From: Caecitellus pseudoparvulus
Taxonomy: Eukaryota > Protista > Bigyra: Bicosoecida
NCBI GenBank assembly: GCA_965644315.1
Contig: CBFFRQ010000028.1
Location: 118,994 to 182,993 of the forward strand
Length of the DNA stretch: 64,000 bases
Reading direction: 5' to 3'
Shown here: in pieces, positions 1 to 13,200 of the stretch
Layout of the letters: each line of letters opens with the position of its first letter
How positions within the stretch are numbered: position 1 is the stretch's first letter
The notes under the pieces: model-generated
Database searches by the model: none
Told to the model about the DNA's origin: nothing
The model's input: only the letters and a program-made list of their open reading frames with translations
Program-made: the position numbers and the translations under genes

Positions 1-864
1 GCCAGGCAAGTGACGCTGCCTTGGCCGGCCATGCTCCACTTGGCAAAGGCAAGGGGGGGCGTGAGGGTGGCGTCCTCCCCTGCCGCTTGCAGCGAGGCAG
101 CCTTGGTCACGGTGGCCAGCACGCTGTCCCAGGCGAAGCTGACTGCACGGCCACCATGCAGCAGGAGCCAGATGGACTGCAGGGTCTGCCTGCAGGGCGC
201 CGGTTTGAACGCAGCAGGGGCCCAGGCAGCCGCGCCCGCCGGCGAGGTGGTCTCGCCACTGCCGTTGCAAGCCACTGACAGGCCAATGATGGGCAGCGTG
301 CTCACACGCTGCTTCAGGCGACACACGCCGTGGTCATGCACTGACAGCACGCCAGTGTCGTCGCCGAGGAACAGGTACCCAGCCACGAAGGCGGCGCAAG
401 TGATGGTGGCACGCACTGGCGGCGGGGCCGTTGTCATGCCTTGTCCTACAGTGCGCGAAAGGAACCCTGCACTCCACGCCGCCCCCACTGCATCTACACG
501 ATGTATGTACAGGACTTCGTGCCCACTCCACAGGGCGAGGCTGCCGTCCGAGCTGAGGGGGGGGCACAGCGTGTCGAGGTGCGGCGAGCGAAACGGAGCC
601 GAAACGCGGCATGCCTCGCGACTCACCCTGCCGCGCACCCGAACGTTCCACGCGAATGCGGGACAGAAAAGGCGTCTGCCAGTGTACTGGCATGTCCCAG
701 GGTGGACACTGCATGGGGAGGGCGCACAGCGGCCGTGCACAGCTGAATGCCTTGCCGCATGCTGTGCCTGCTCGAGCTCGGTTCGTACATGAAGTGCTGT
801 CCACGCCCCCTGCCTTCGCTGCCGGCCATTCTGGCAGGTGCACCCGGGCAACCCGCGACAGCAT
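1..864 (-). CDS. RAB3GAP2: Rab3 GTPase-activating protein non-catalytic subunit, N-terminal part (runs off the window start; 5' exons uncertain)
   Basis: The minus-strand exon 1-~445 is absent from the ORF track because it has no stop in the window. It reads ITCAAFVAGYLFLGDDTGVLSVHDHG...KQRVSTLPIIGL...SIWLLL...PPLAFAKWSM, resembling the Rab3GAP2 N-terminus (PPPLAYKKWGL). Candidate ATG at 864. Confidence 0.6.
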
Positions 865-1240
865 GTCGAGCAGTGCTTAATAGCTCAGGCACGCTTGCTA
901 CAGTGGCAGACAACTGCGCTGGCACTTGCACGCTCAGTGGTCGATCAATGCAACCAGGTTCGCCAGCGTCAGTGGGCGACCTCGCGAGGGCAGGACAAGT
1001 CACCCTGCACATCACTTCACACACGCCACACTTGAAGAATCGTCGTTTTGGGCCAACTGACAGCCTGCACGGTGCAGCGAGGGCGCCACCTCCTCCTTGC
1101 CCTGCGATCGAAGGCCGTGAGTGGGGTGCTGTGCGAATTCCGCCCCGAGCTGCAGCACCTCTGCGCTTGCTGGTTGCGCGGCACACCCCGCACTCCGCGC
1201 TGCTGCACCTTGCAGGGACCATACACTTGACACGTACCGG

Positions 1241-2503
1241 ATGCTGGCAACGTCACGCAAGGCCTTGTGGCCTCTGTGCCGCAGGGCCTTCTCAACCTCC
1301 GCCGCCAGCAGCTCAGAACTTACCCTGCACCTGCCAAGCGAAGCTGCGCCAGCCTGCATGTCATGGGGCCTGCCCAGCGCCGAGCAAGTGGCTTCCGGGG
1401 AAGCCGCAGACCTGGACGTCTTCGTCTTCACGCACGCTGCAGGCCTGTGCAAGGAGCTGTGGGCGCCGGTGTGGACACACCTGCAGGCTGGACTAGCCGA
1501 CGCTGGGCGGCGTGGCGCCTTCCTCGCCCTGGACGCTGTGGGTCACGGCGACACGCCAGAGGACGGCGCGGCAGGGCGTGACTGGCCCGTGTGGTACCTC
1601 TCTGCCCTGCGCAGTGCCATGCGCACGCACGTGCCGTGGGCAGGCCAGGGCGCCGGGCGCGTGACGGGTGTGGGGCACAGCTTCGGCAGCGTGCCGCTCA
1701 TGCAGCATGCGTGGGCGGCAGGGCAGGACCCCGCTGTGCTGGCAGCCCTGCCCCACCGCCCTGGCATGCCCTCCCTGTGCCCCATGACGCCCGCCTTCGA
1801 CCACCTAGTGGTGGTGGAGCCGGTCATGGTGCCCGCCCTGCTGCCGCCCGAGGAGCAACACCGCGACAACGCCCTGTCTCGACAGGCCGAGCAGCGCAGG
1901 CCCAGCTTCCCAGACCTGCAGGCGGCAGTGGAGTACTTCTCCGCCAAGCCCCTCATGTCCACCTGGACGCCAGAGGCGGTGCAGCTGTACTGCCAGTTCA
2001 CGCTACTGAAGGAGGAGGAGGGGCAGGCGACTGCGAACCTGCCTCTGTACGGCGGCAGCGTGGCGGGGGGGCAGGCGCCTCTCCTGGCGCTGTCCCAGGC
2101 GGACTGGGATGCCCCCGCCTCCACCGGCCCCGTGCACCTCAAGTGCCGGCCTGGCTTCGAAGCAGACTGCTACCGTGCCTACCACGAGCTGTGGCACATT
2201 ATGCGGGCGGGGGCGGTGGACGACCAGCCCGCCCTCATGGGCTGCACTGGCACGGTGCTAGTGGGGGACCAGGGCTCAGTGTTCGCAGGGGAGGACAAGT
2301 GGCAGGTGCCGGGGGGGCACCTGGGCCTCTTCACCACCCTGGCGTCCCAGTGGGGCGTGCCCGGCATCACGCACGAGCCAGTGCGAGGCGCCCAGCACCG
2401 CGTCATGCCTGGCCTGGGGCACTTCATGGTTCAGGAGGACCCCGCCGCCATGGCCGGCGCCGTGCTGGACACGCTGCCAGTGGAGGTGCCCCCCGCTTCG
2501 TAG
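1241..2503 (+). CDS. alpha/beta hydrolase fold protein (serine hydrolase), possible mitochondrial presequence
   Basis: Motifs FTHAAG, LDAVGHGDT, nucleophile elbow GHSFG and C-terminal GLGHFMVQEDP. N-terminus MLATSRKALWPLCRRAFSTS is Arg/Ser-rich. Confidence 0.85.
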   Translation: MLATSRKALWPLCRRAFSTSAASSSELTLHLPSEAAPACMSWGLPSAEQVASGEAADLDVFVFTHAAGLCKELWAPVWTHLQAGLADAGRRGAFLALDAVGHGDTPEDGAAGRDWPVWYLSALRSAMRTHVPWAGQGAGRVTGVGHSFGSVPLMQHAWAAGQDPAVLAALPHRPGMPSLCPMTPAFDHLVVVEPVMVPALLPPEEQHRDNALSRQAEQRRPSFPDLQAAVEYFSAKPLMSTWTPEAVQLYCQFTLLKEEEGQATANLPLYGGSVAGGQAPLLALSQADWDAPASTGPVHLKCRPGFEADCYRAYHELWHIMRAGAVDDQPALMGCTGTVLVGDQGSVFAGEDKWQVPGGHLGLFTTLASQWGVPGITHEPVRGAQHRVMPGLGHFMVQEDPAAMAGAVLDTLPVEVPPAS

Positions 2504-2514
2504 AGTGCATTGGC

Positions 2515-3111
2515 TCACTTGGTGAGCTTGGGGTGCAGGTGGCTGGCCTTGGCCAGACGGGCCATGGTCAGGGCTGTGCGACCCCAGTCTGGTCCGTGGT
2601 TCATGTGGGCCTTGCCGGGCACCAGCCCTGCTCGCAGCGTGGCCTGTGCTTCCTCTGTGCACGTCAGGACGCCAAAGACCACGGGCGTGTCGGTGTCCAG
2701 CTGCACGCGCATGATGCCCTGCGTCACCGCTTCGCAAATGTACTCGAAGTGCTTCGTGTCACCCTTGATCAGGCAGCCCACCGCGATGACGGCGTCCACG
2801 CCACTGCCATTGATGAGGCACTTGGCACCAAAGGGCAGCTCGTAGCTGCCTGGGACTTCCTGCAGCACGACGCTGGCGCCGCTGGCCTCCAGCTCGTCCT
2901 GGGCGCCCTTCACGAGAGCATCCACCACAGTGCGGTTCCACCGAGCATGCACGATGCCCACGCGCAGTCCCTTCCCGTCCACCTCTGCAGTGTGGCTCGC
3001 CTGCGAGGGGCATGACGTGCTCAGGAAGTACAGTCTCATGCACAAGCAAGCTCCAAGTCCCTGCCTCACCTTGACCTTCTCCACGCCACTAGGAGCTCCT
3101 TCGGCTGCCAT
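2515..3111 (-). CDS. RIB4: 6,7-dimethyl-8-ribityllumazine synthase (riboflavin biosynthesis); intron 3001-3069
   Basis: Motifs LRVGIVHARWN, VPGSYELP, GCLIKGDTKHFEYI, PVVFGVLT and HGPDWG. 69-nt GTGAG...CAG intron. Confidence 0.95.
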   Translation of the reverse strand: MAAEGAPSGVEKVKVRQGLGACLCMRLYFLSTSCPSQASHTAEVDGKGLRVGIVHARWNRTVVDALVKGAQDELEASGASVVLQEVPGSYELPFGAKCLINGSGVDAVIAVGCLIKGDTKHFEYICEAVTQGIMRVQLDTDTPVVFGVLTCTEEAQATLRAGLVPGKAHMNHGPDWGRTALTMARLAKASHLHPKLTK

Positions 3112-3584
3112 GTTGTTTGCGGATTTTGATGCAACGAGGCAACCTGCGATGCCCAGCTGAGCGCGTCGCACAATCGAGCAGGGGCAAGCCCGGCACCTGT
3201 AATTCTCTTGCGTGTACTGTAGGCGTTCACTGCCACGATGTATATGCCCGCCACTGCAAACTGCTCGCGTGCAGCACGTTGGCAAGCATGCAAGCGTGGC
3301 AGGCTGCAACTCACGAGCAAACACGCCCGATGTGCAGCAGGCAGTGGAGGTCAAACCCACCGTACCCGGTTATGTCTGCCAGCAAAACCTTTCAGACATC
3401 GTTGCCTGGGCGCCAGCTGATCAGCCTGCTGGGCACAGGCTGTGCATGCAGCTCGCCTGGCTGTTATTCCGCACACCACGCCGGCTGCCTCGCGAAGGAC
3501 TGCGCTCCGTGTTGAGGCTGCGGGCGGGACAGCACGAGCCAAGCGCCACATGCACTACATCGAGGCCCACCTGGACACGCAGCC

Positions 3585-6500
3585 ATGCAGAAGACCGAAA
3601 CAATCAACCGCGATGACCCGGAAGCAGGTGAGAGCGTGCAGGGAGAGCGAGGCGCTTCGCAGAGCCGCACGATCAGCGGCCCCTAGTCGCTGGCGCGCCA
3701 TGTACACAGCCGCAGGCCGCCCTGAGGGTGTGCCAGTGCCCCTCACTGCCCTTGGCGCCCTTCTCCCCGCTCAGCCATTGACTTCCGCTTCATCGTGGAT
3801 GGCACCATGCCACTGCCCAAGCGAGTCGTGGAGTATGCCGTTGACAAGCCCCTGGCGTCTCAGAGGTGAGTGGAGTGGTAGTCGGAGCAGCTCAGTACCT
3901 AGTTTGTGCTGACTACTCTCGCAGTGGGGCCTGACAGCCTCGTCTGCGGCAGCAGCGTGCCCTGTGCAGCGCCAGCAGCCGCACAGCGACTCCACACCAC
4001 CATTGCACCGATGGCGACGCCCCTGGCCCGCCTTCGCAGGGCTGCGCATGTGCGCATGATCACGGCAGCGTTGGAGCTTATCACGTGTGTTTCCGCTGCC
4101 ACCCAGCCCCATGCTCCCTTGCCACGCGCGGCTTGACGCGTTGGCTCGGCGCTGCCCTGCGCAGGCTTCCTGAACTGGAGGCGATCTTGGACATCCTGCT
4201 CTCCATCACCAAGGACACAGAGCCAGACTCCCGCATGAGTTTGGCCAGGCAGTTGCCCACCATTGTCAAGGTGCGCCTTGGCGGTGGCGCGTGCCCTGCC
4301 GCTGCAGCAACGCTGCAACGCAGCCTGCTCACGTTGCCATTCACGCCTGCGCAGAGCGTGCTGAAACATGCCGCGACGCTGGACGACGCCTGCACGCTGC
4401 TGTGTGACAAAGTGCACCCGGCCCTGGAGGCGTTGTTGAAGGATGAAGGCGAAGCTGTGCGTGTGTCGCTGTGGCACGGCCACGAGAGCAACCCACCATG
4501 CACCGCCTTCCTCTGCTGCAGATCGGAGAAGAAGCCATCCAGGCGTTCGTGCGCATCTTCTGCATGACTGTGCACGAGACGACGTACGACATTTGGGACA
4601 TGGTGGAGCGGTGCACGCACAGCAACCGAGAGGACGTGCGGGCCCGCGCAGCCGGCATGCTGTCAGGCGCAGTGAAGCACCTCACGTCCACGAACCTGGC
4701 TGTGACGAAACGCAAGGCCACGCAAAGCGCCCTGGGCGCCTTGTCTCCCACTCAACCCGACCAGGAGGAGGGCGCTGGAGCTGCGGGCAGCAGGCGGGGG
4801 CGTGGTGTGCCTGCGCCCCCCCCTCGCCGTGCACGGGCTGGCGGGTTGCCGGCCATGCCCAGCTTTGCGGAGGAGGGCGAGGGCGAGGGCGAGGGCGAGG
4901 ACGCCTCCGAGGGCGAGCAGGGGGAGGAGGAGGACATTGTCCCCCCCCTGCTCTCCGAGCTGCACCAAGGCATGGACAGCGCGCCTGCGTCCCGGCGGTC
5001 CAGCCTGCCAGGCGCGTCGGCGGATGACCTGCCCGAGGTCATTCGGGTGGAGTTCCTGCAGCAGGCAGCCACGCTGTACATGACCCTGCTGAACGACATG
5101 GACCCCATGGTGCAGATGGCAGCCCTGAGCCCCCCTGTCATCAGCAACGTCGTGGGGCTGCTCATCCTCATGCGGGGCCAGGGCGACGCGGGGGGCCTGG
5201 ACACGCTCGCCTTCGTGCCGGAAGACGACCCCCCCGAGTACGACGACGGGTACTCCCCTTACATCGAGCGGGATGAGGAGGACCTGGAGCCGGACGAGGA
5301 CGAAGATGCCCTGGCGACGTCCCTTGCCTGGGTTGCCGCCCTGCCAGCAGTGGTGGAGGCAGAGAAGGCCAGCATGTTGGAAGCGCCCGCCGAGCTGGGC
5401 GGGGGGCAGTCCTTCACCGCCGTGTTCGTGGATGAAGATGCCCTGAGCGACTTTGAGGACGCGTGGGAGGGCGGCGACGGCGCTGGCGGCATCCAGTTCT
5501 GCGACGGCTTGGAGGAAGGCGCCGACCCCGCCCTGGACGAGTACTTCGGAGACGCCATGTGCGACGTGGACAGGGACAACCGGGGCGAAGTGGCCCTGGC
5601 CCGCGCCCTGCGCCGCCTGGGGGCAGAGGAGTCACCCATGGTCCGTGCCAGCGTGGCCAAGGCCCTGCCTGAGGTGGCTCACGCCCTCCCCGACGCCATT
5701 CGCCGCACCACGCTGCGCCACCTGCTTGTGCGCCTGGCCTGCGACGAGCACAGTGACGTGCGCGTGGCTGCAGCAGCAGCCACAGGGCGCATGATCACCG
5801 CCTTTGCCGTAGAGGCGGCCATTCCGCAGGGCGGCGGGCTGGGCCCCCTATGCGCCTCCATGTCCCCCCTGTCCCCCACTCTGAACCCGGCAGCCCTCAC
5901 CTTTGCAGACGCCAACAACGACACTGGCGTGCCTCTCACCCTGCTCGCAGCCTTCGCGCTGTCTGCACGCGGGCTGCACTGCACCAAGCAGCGCATCGCC
6001 GCCGTCGTGTCGGCAAGCCTGGCTTTCACACGTCTCTCTGCCCGGCACGCGGCGCTGCACCCAGAGGAGTCGGCGATGTCTCCGCAGGGTGGCGTCGCCT
6101 CTTCCTCAGGCTCCTCCACTGACAGCGACAGCGACAGCGACAGCGACAGCGAGGGTGACTCCGCTGCCAGCCACAGCTCGAGCGGCAGCCTACAAGACGG
6201 CTTTGACCTGGAGGAGCTGGATGCCGAGGCAGACTCCCCTCGAGGGCGCTCGCGCTCGTACACGCTGCGTGGTCGGAACAGGGAAGAGGCCGAGTCCGAA
6301 GCAGCCAAGAACGCAGACTTGCGCGCTGCTGCCAAGAGCAGTGGCGGCGGCAAGGGCGCGTCTGCTTCAGCCCCGGCGGACGATGGCGAGGGCGAAGGCG
6401 ACTACGGGCTGTGGACCACCCACGACAAGCTGCAGACTGCCGTCGCACACACCCTGCCTGCCTTGGTGCTGACCCTGGGCGTGCCAGCATGGCATGACAT

Positions 6501-9500
6501 CCTGCGCCGGACTCTGCCTGGGCCGACCCCCCGCGTACCAGCGGCGGTGCGAGAGGCAGCCGCAGCGGCGCAGTGGCCCGCCACTGTGCCCTGCACTACA
6601 CCGCTGTCCCTGCACTTCCTGTCCACGGCTGTGGCGCAGCAGGAGGAGCCGTGCCTGGCCGTCACCTCCACAGTGCTGGCTGGCGCCCACGAAGCGGCAC
6701 GGGAGCTGCGGCACTGCCCCCCAGCCCTGGCCGTGTTTGAGGGCGTGCTGCGGCAAGCCCTGGGTCCCGAGCGGTTCAGGTGGCCCACGCTGCAGCAGCG
6801 TGCTCTGGACGCCTTGCCCCGCGTACTGCAGTGGACCACGCACCAAGACCACGTCTCCTTGACCAGCAGCCTGTACCAGATGGTGCAGCCTGCGCAGTGC
6901 CAGGTGTGGCGCACGCGCTGGAAACTGGCCAGCCTGCTGCCCACCTTGACCCTCATCATGAGTCCGCGGGCCCTGGCTCTGCGCCTGCTGCCCCTCTGCA
7001 ACATCCTCCTGCGGGACCCCGTGTCCATTGTGCGCCGGGATGCGGCCCGGGCCACGGCAGTGCTGCTGTGCCGCCTGCAGGCTGTGGGCCAAGCTGCCCA
7101 AGCTGTGTTGGACCACGCAGCGCAAGCGCATGAGAAGAGTGGTGCGGAGGCGGCAGCAGCAGAGGGTGCCAGCCCCGCGCGCTCGACACGCTCCGTGCTG
7201 CGTTTTGCCGGCTCGCCCTCCCCTCTGAAGCTGGCCCCCTTGGCCCCGTCAGACATCCCCCCTCGCCTCCTGGCACAGTGCCGGGATCTGCAGGGTGTCA
7301 TGGCGGCAGCCGTCTCCCGCACTGGTGCTCAGCTGTGCAGCCTGGCCACGCCCGAGGCGCACTTGGACTGCAAGTCTGCCTTTGTCAAGCTGGGCCAGTT
7401 CCTGTGCTTCCCAAGAGTGCTGCGCAACACCGTCGTGCAGGCCATGGAAGCCCTGTCCCAGGAGCGGGGCACACTGCCCCCCACCATGATGCTGGTCAGT
7501 GCGCCGTCGGCGGCAGGCCAGGGGCAGCGCCACTTCCCAGGCAGCCCTGACGGGGGCGAGGTGGTGCCTGGCCCGCCCTCTGTGCTTCTGTCGCCCTCTG
7601 TACAGACGAGCACAGCCACCCCTGCGCCGCCGCCCGCCACGCCGACCACGGGCGGCCTGACAGTGGACCAGCAGTTTGCCTTGGAGTGGGAGGGCTTGGC
7701 CCTGTCACTGGGCATTCCCTGCCCTGCCCTGCAGCTGTCTGGCACCCACAGCCCAGAGTGCGCTGTGTCCAACACACTGGCCGCCGCAGCACACTTTGAA
7801 GAGCCAGCTTGCGGTGGCATCAGCGCGACACCGCCGCCAGCAGGCCTCGCACCCCCGCGGCAGAGCCCAGCCCTGGGTGGGCTCGCCTCCCCCTCCACCA
7901 GCGCAGTGCAGCGTGAGGCGACGGCTGGCGGCATTGCCTGCATCACCCGTGCAGAGAGTTCGCTGTGGCGCAGGCAGGGCATCATTGCCCAGGCTGTGGG
8001 CAGCGTGAGTCGGGGCGTGTTCCAAGAGCACTTCCAGACCGCCCTCGTGCGTCTTCTCTCCTCCGGGCGTGTGCAGCGGGGGGGGTACCTGTGGCGCCAA
8101 GCTGTGGAGTTGCTGCCGCCAGACGTCGCCACCACTGTGGATCAAGCAGCGGCGCAGGCAGAAGCCGAAGCCGATGCGTCAGACAGCGACAGCACCGCCA
8201 CCATGGACGGCAGCAGTTCCTGTGCCAGCGAGGAGGAGGGGAGCTCGCCGTCCCAAGCACCCAGCCACACTCGCTCAGGCACTGCGCCGGACTTGGCCAG
8301 CGCACAGGGCAGCCTCACGGAAGACCTGCCCCCAGCTCGACCCAGGCCAGTGTCTGCGCGCATCGCAGTGCCAGTGGTGCCTGCCGTCGTGTCTCCTGCA
8401 GGCACCACGGCGGCCGTGCTGGGCAGCATCAAAGACTCTGGCTCCGAGCGCATCGCTCACTCGGGCTCCATCCCCATGCACACTCCCAGCATCAAGGCCC
8501 CCTCGCCTCAAGTCATCCCACCCCCCACAGCTGGCTCTGGCGGCCTCGCCCGCAGCGCCAGCACGCCAGTGGACGGCCTGGGCGGCTTCACGCTCAGCCG
8601 GTCAGCCAGCACCCCAGACAGGCGGCATGGCGGTGCCAAGCGCACCAGCACCAACAGTGTGGTGTCCCTGGTGTCCCCTCGTGGGCGGCGCCACCGCACC
8701 TCCGCCACGCCCTCCGCCACGGCTGGGCACTCTGGTGCCGAGCTGCTGACGGCAGCCCGGGAGGGGCTGCGCTCCACGGGCAGGGTGATCACATCCAGCT
8801 CCTCCCAGGTGGTGGACAAGCTGCAGGCAGCGGCTGCACGGGCCAAGGGCCGCGTGGCGGCGTCCAAGGGAGCCCAGCGCAGCATGGATGTCATGACGTC
8901 TCTCACCTTTGACCCGGGTGCGTGGGCTGACGACGAGGCTGCCATGGACTTCATGGTGAACAAAGTCATCGCCCAGCAGGAGGAGGCGGAGGCGGAGGAG
9001 GAGGCAGCGAGCCCCAGCACGCCGCCGGCTGCCGACGAAGCGAGCACGGTGGAGCGCCCCAGGCCCCACCGTCGGTCCGCCAGCATCGGCTCCGCACCCA
9101 CTCGCAGGCAGCGGGCGAGCGTGGGTGCGTCAGTGCCCAGCCCCGAAAAGGCGCGGGCCTTGTGGCGGCAGCGCGACAGGCAGTCCAGCAGCGACAGCCT
9201 GCCTCTGCCTCCACCCTCGGCTGCCCATGTGTCGTCCAGCCTGCGCAAGCCGACCCCGGCAGCCCCCCTGCCGGAGGAGGGTCCCGTGGAGCCAGGCGAG
9301 GACTCCCTGGCCCCCCTGCCCTCGGCGCGCAAGCCAGTGTCCAGCGCCGGCGTGCTTGACTCGCCCACCCGCCGCAAGTCCCGGCGTGCGACAGCGATGG
9401 GCATGGAAGGCGCAGTTGCCAGTGCTCGTGCCGAGGCGGCCCAATCACGCAAGCCCCCTGCCCCCAAGCCCAAGGCGCCCAAGCCCACTGCCAAGAAGGG

Positions 9501-10071
9501 CCTCGCACACTTCAAGTACCTCGCCATGCTCAAGGCCAGTGGCGCAGACAGTGAGAAGGAGCCGCCCCCGCCCCCTCGACGTGACAGCGCGCCCAAGCCC
9601 CCAGCGAAGCCGGCAGGAGCTGCCGCTGGGCACAGTACGCCACAGGACGAGGCAGTGGCAACCGGGGGGGCGCCTGCAGGAGCTGGCGCGGCAAGCTGTG
9701 CTGAAGAGCACGGGGAGGGCGCCGGTGATGGCGGCGCCAGCGGCGAGTCACGCCCTCGCCGGCACTCCAAGACTGCCACTGGCAAGCAGAAACGCCGCAG
9801 CCTGGGCGCGCTGGGGTTCATGAAGGCCAACCGGGCGAGCCTCGTGCCCTCCTCAGCGCCGGAGACGCGCCCCTTCTCAGACAGCATTCCCTACGCGGAG
9901 CTGTCGGTGGCCAAGGCCGGCTCGTCGTCCCTGAACTTGGACTGGAGTCGCAAGGAGCAGTACCTCAGCGACACTGAGTTCAGCAGGGTGCTGGGCGTGT
10001 CCCGTGAGGAGTTCGAGGAGCTCCCGCGGTGGCGACAGCAACGCATCAAGCGGGATGTGAGCCTGTTCTAG
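3585..10071 (+). CDS. PP4 regulatory subunit 1-like HEAT-repeat protein with C-terminal villin headpiece; several 5' introns, then a ~5.5-kb last exon
   Basis: Spliced N-terminus MQKTETINRDDPEAAIDFRFIVDGTMPLPKRVVEYA. HEAT-like segments KDTEPDSRMSLARQLP, LLNDMDPMVQMAA, ESPMVRASVA, DEHSDVRVAAA, AHTLPALVLTLGVPAW, WRTRWKLA and LRDPVSIVR. C-terminus RKEQYLSDTEFSRVLGVSREEFEELPRWRQQRIKRDVSLF is a villin headpiece. Confidence 0.75.
6121..6150 (+). repeat. (GACAGC)5 coding microsatellite (Asp-Ser repeat)
   Basis: gacagcgacagcgacagcgacagcgacagc seen directly. Confidence 0.9.
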
Positions 10072-10284
10072 CGCGTGTGGAGCGTGCCTGTGCAGGCTTG
10101 TCGTGGCGAGATTCAATGCAGGTGTCTGATCTCCCAGCGCCCCACACCAGTTGGTCCGCACTCAGCACAATCCCCATTCTCGACATTCACTTGCAACCTG
10201 ATCCACTCAAGCACATCCCGCAAGTCCGCTTTTCCCTCTGATACATCGAGTCGTCGCGCACCTGTGCTGCACTCCCAACCAGCC

Positions 10285-13200
10285 ATGGCCCAAGCGGCAG
10301 ACGCGGGTGGCAGCAGGCCGCAGCGCGTTGCCGTCGTTGGCGCCGGGGCTGCGGGTCTGGCGGCTGCTTACCAGGCATCCAAGTCTGCTGAGCATGAAGT
10401 GACACTTTTCGAGGCCACTGAGCACGCTGGTGGGCACGCGTGGACTGTGGAGGTGAGTGGCGGGGTGCTGTGTCTGATGTGCGGAGATTGCCGCCGCTGG
10501 CACCCGCAAGGGCACATGCCTCGCACCCTGCCTCGCACAGGTGGACGGCTGCCCCCTGGACATTGGATTCCTGGTTTACAATGAGCACACTTACCCCCAC
10601 TTGATGGGTCTGTTCGAGGTGCGTCAGGGGAGCCCCGCACGGTGCCCCCCGTCACACCCACCCTGACCACGTCATTCACCACGCCGCCTGCCTCCTCCCT
10701 TTTCCAGGAGCTTGGAGTAGACACCGAGCCCTCCAACATGGTGCGTGCCCCGACCACTGCGGTCTTATGAGGCCCTGAACTGGGCGACTGCCTCCTCTGC
10801 GCCAGCCCGCCCGCCTGTGACCTTCCTTGAACATTTCCATGCTCCGCTGGCCACACAGAGCTTCGCCGTCAGCCTTAGGCAGCGCAGCATGGAGTGGAGC
10901 AGCAACAGCCTGTCGGCGGTGTTTGCCACGCCAGGCAATGCCGTGGACCCGTCCTTCTACGCCTTCTTGAAGGATGTCCTGCGCTTCAATTCGTGCGTGC
11001 GGTTGCCAGCCTGCGGAAAGCGCATCCGCTCCACAGCGCAGTGCCCACCTGCCCCCACAGAGAGGCGCCCAAGTTCCTGGAGACGGGGGACGCCACCACA
11101 ACCATGGGGGAGTACCTTGCTGCTAACGGCTTCAACACAGCCTTCCAGCACAACTACCTGCTGCCCATGGTGGCGGCCGTCTGGTCAGCTTCGTCAGACG
11201 ACGTTCTGCAGTTCCCAGCCGCCACCCTCATCCGCTTCTGCGTCAACCACTCCCTGCTGCAGCTTGTGGACCGGCCGCAGTGGCGCACGGTGGCGAACCG
11301 GTCTCGCGAGTACGTTGCCCGCATTCTCGCTGCGCCCGGCTTGCAGGGCCGAGTGCACTTGAACACGCCCGTGAACTCTGTGAAACGCACCACCCAAGCG
11401 GACGGGCGGGTGTCTGTGGAGGTGAACTACTCCACGGCATCAGAGGGCGGCGTGGAGCAGTGCTCTGCGGAGTTCGATGCCATCATCTTCGCCTGCCACC
11501 CCGACATCACCCTGCGCATCTTGGGGGAGGACGCCTCGGCGGAGGAGGCTGCCGCGCTGGGCGGCATGGCATACTCCTCCAACACCGCCTACGTGCACAC
11601 CGACACCGCCCACATGCCTGCGCGCAAGGTGACGTGGGCTTCTTGGAACTACATGGGCCAGGGCGGCGACGGGGAGGGGGCCGAGCCTTGCACGGTGACG
11701 TACTGGCTGAACTTGCTGCAGAACTTGCCGCAGCACGGGCGGTACCACACGCCCCGCAAGGCTGCCCCCACCACACGCAGCCACGACGACGCCACTGTCC
11801 TGGGGGATGCCGTCGCTTGCAACCCCATCGCGGCACAGCACCCGACGTTCCTGCCTGACGGCACCACCCGCGTGCTGCCCACCGACGGCACAGCTCCCGC
11901 CCTGCGAGGCAGCTCAGACACGGACAGTGTGACCTCCCGTGCTTCCCGCGTGGAGGAGCGTGGCGGCCGCCCCCTGGGCCAGCCGTGGATCGACCAGGAT
12001 GTGTTCGTGACACTGAACCCACGAGTGCCGCCTGCCGACGGCACTGTGCTGGGAAAGGTCTCCTACGCCCATCCCCAGTACACCACTGCCTCCTTGGCCG
12101 CCCAGTCCGACATCCTGCGTCTGCAGGGCACGCAGAGCACGTGGTATGCAGGGGCGTACCTGGGGTACGGCTTTCACGAGGACGCCATCACATCTGGCCT
12201 GCGTGCGGCCCACGCTGCTACGGGGGTCGTGCCGTCCTGGTGGGAGGAGGGGCGCCAGGCCGCTGCCAAGGCCCGTGCTGAGGCGTACGCCCAGCTGGAA
12301 GCCAGCGTGGCGCGCCTGTCGCCGGGTAAGGGCGCTGTGTCCGCAGTGGACGAGGACACCCTGGAACCATCCGGCCCAAAGCTGGGCGCGGTGGACACGG
12401 TGCGACTGGACATCGAGGGCGTGAACGACACGCTCTTCCAGGCAGCGGCAGAGGAAGTGGGCGCCCTGCGCAGCCCCGCGGCAAGCCCCACCCTGCGGGA
12501 GGTGCTGCCCCCTGATGACTGCTGCTCCGTCGCCACACGGGGGCTGGCGTCCGCCCTCGGCTGTGCCCGGCGGGGGGGCGGAGAGCGCCCCATCGACGCC
12601 ATTGCCGGCGCGGCGAGCCAAGCCAGCACAGCTGTCAGCGTGGACAGTCGGCGGGGTGCGAAGGCTGCCTTGCCCAGCTTGAAGGCTCGCTCTGTCAGCG
12701 CGGGTGAGCTGGGCGACCTCAAGTCTGCCGCTGCCCTCGCTGGCGGCTATGTGGACGTCATGCTGGGGCCCCGTGGTGAGGACTACATGGCGCTGTGCCC
12801 AGCGTTCAGCCGTGTGGACCCCTGGGATCCCCAGTTCGACGAGAAGATCCAGGTGGAGTGGGGCGGCGACGGGCGGTCCCGCGACACAGCGGGGCGCCTG
12901 CACGCGCGCCACTTCCCCGATGCCGTGGACAGCGACATCCCCGGGCACAAGGCCTACGTCCAGCGACAGGCACGGGAGCACGTCCTGCGGGTGGAGGCGG
13001 CCGCCACGGGCAAGGTGGCCGTGCCGGGAGACCGCCCCATCACGCAGTATGTCCCCCCTGCGCTGACGGCTCAGCGCCAGGCCAAGCTCACATCAGAGGG
13101 AACCCTGTCCGATACCCTGCCAGGAGCGACCCCTGTGGCCCGGGCCACCTCTGCGGCAGGCGGCGGGTACACGCACATGTACACAGCGGAGGAGGGCGCC

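Noticed and set aside
10075-11362. Apparent frameshifts suggesting pseudogenes, recoding or an alternative genetic code
   Set aside because: All breaks I checked resolve with canonical GT-AG introns, and TAA, TAG and TGA are all used as normal stops.
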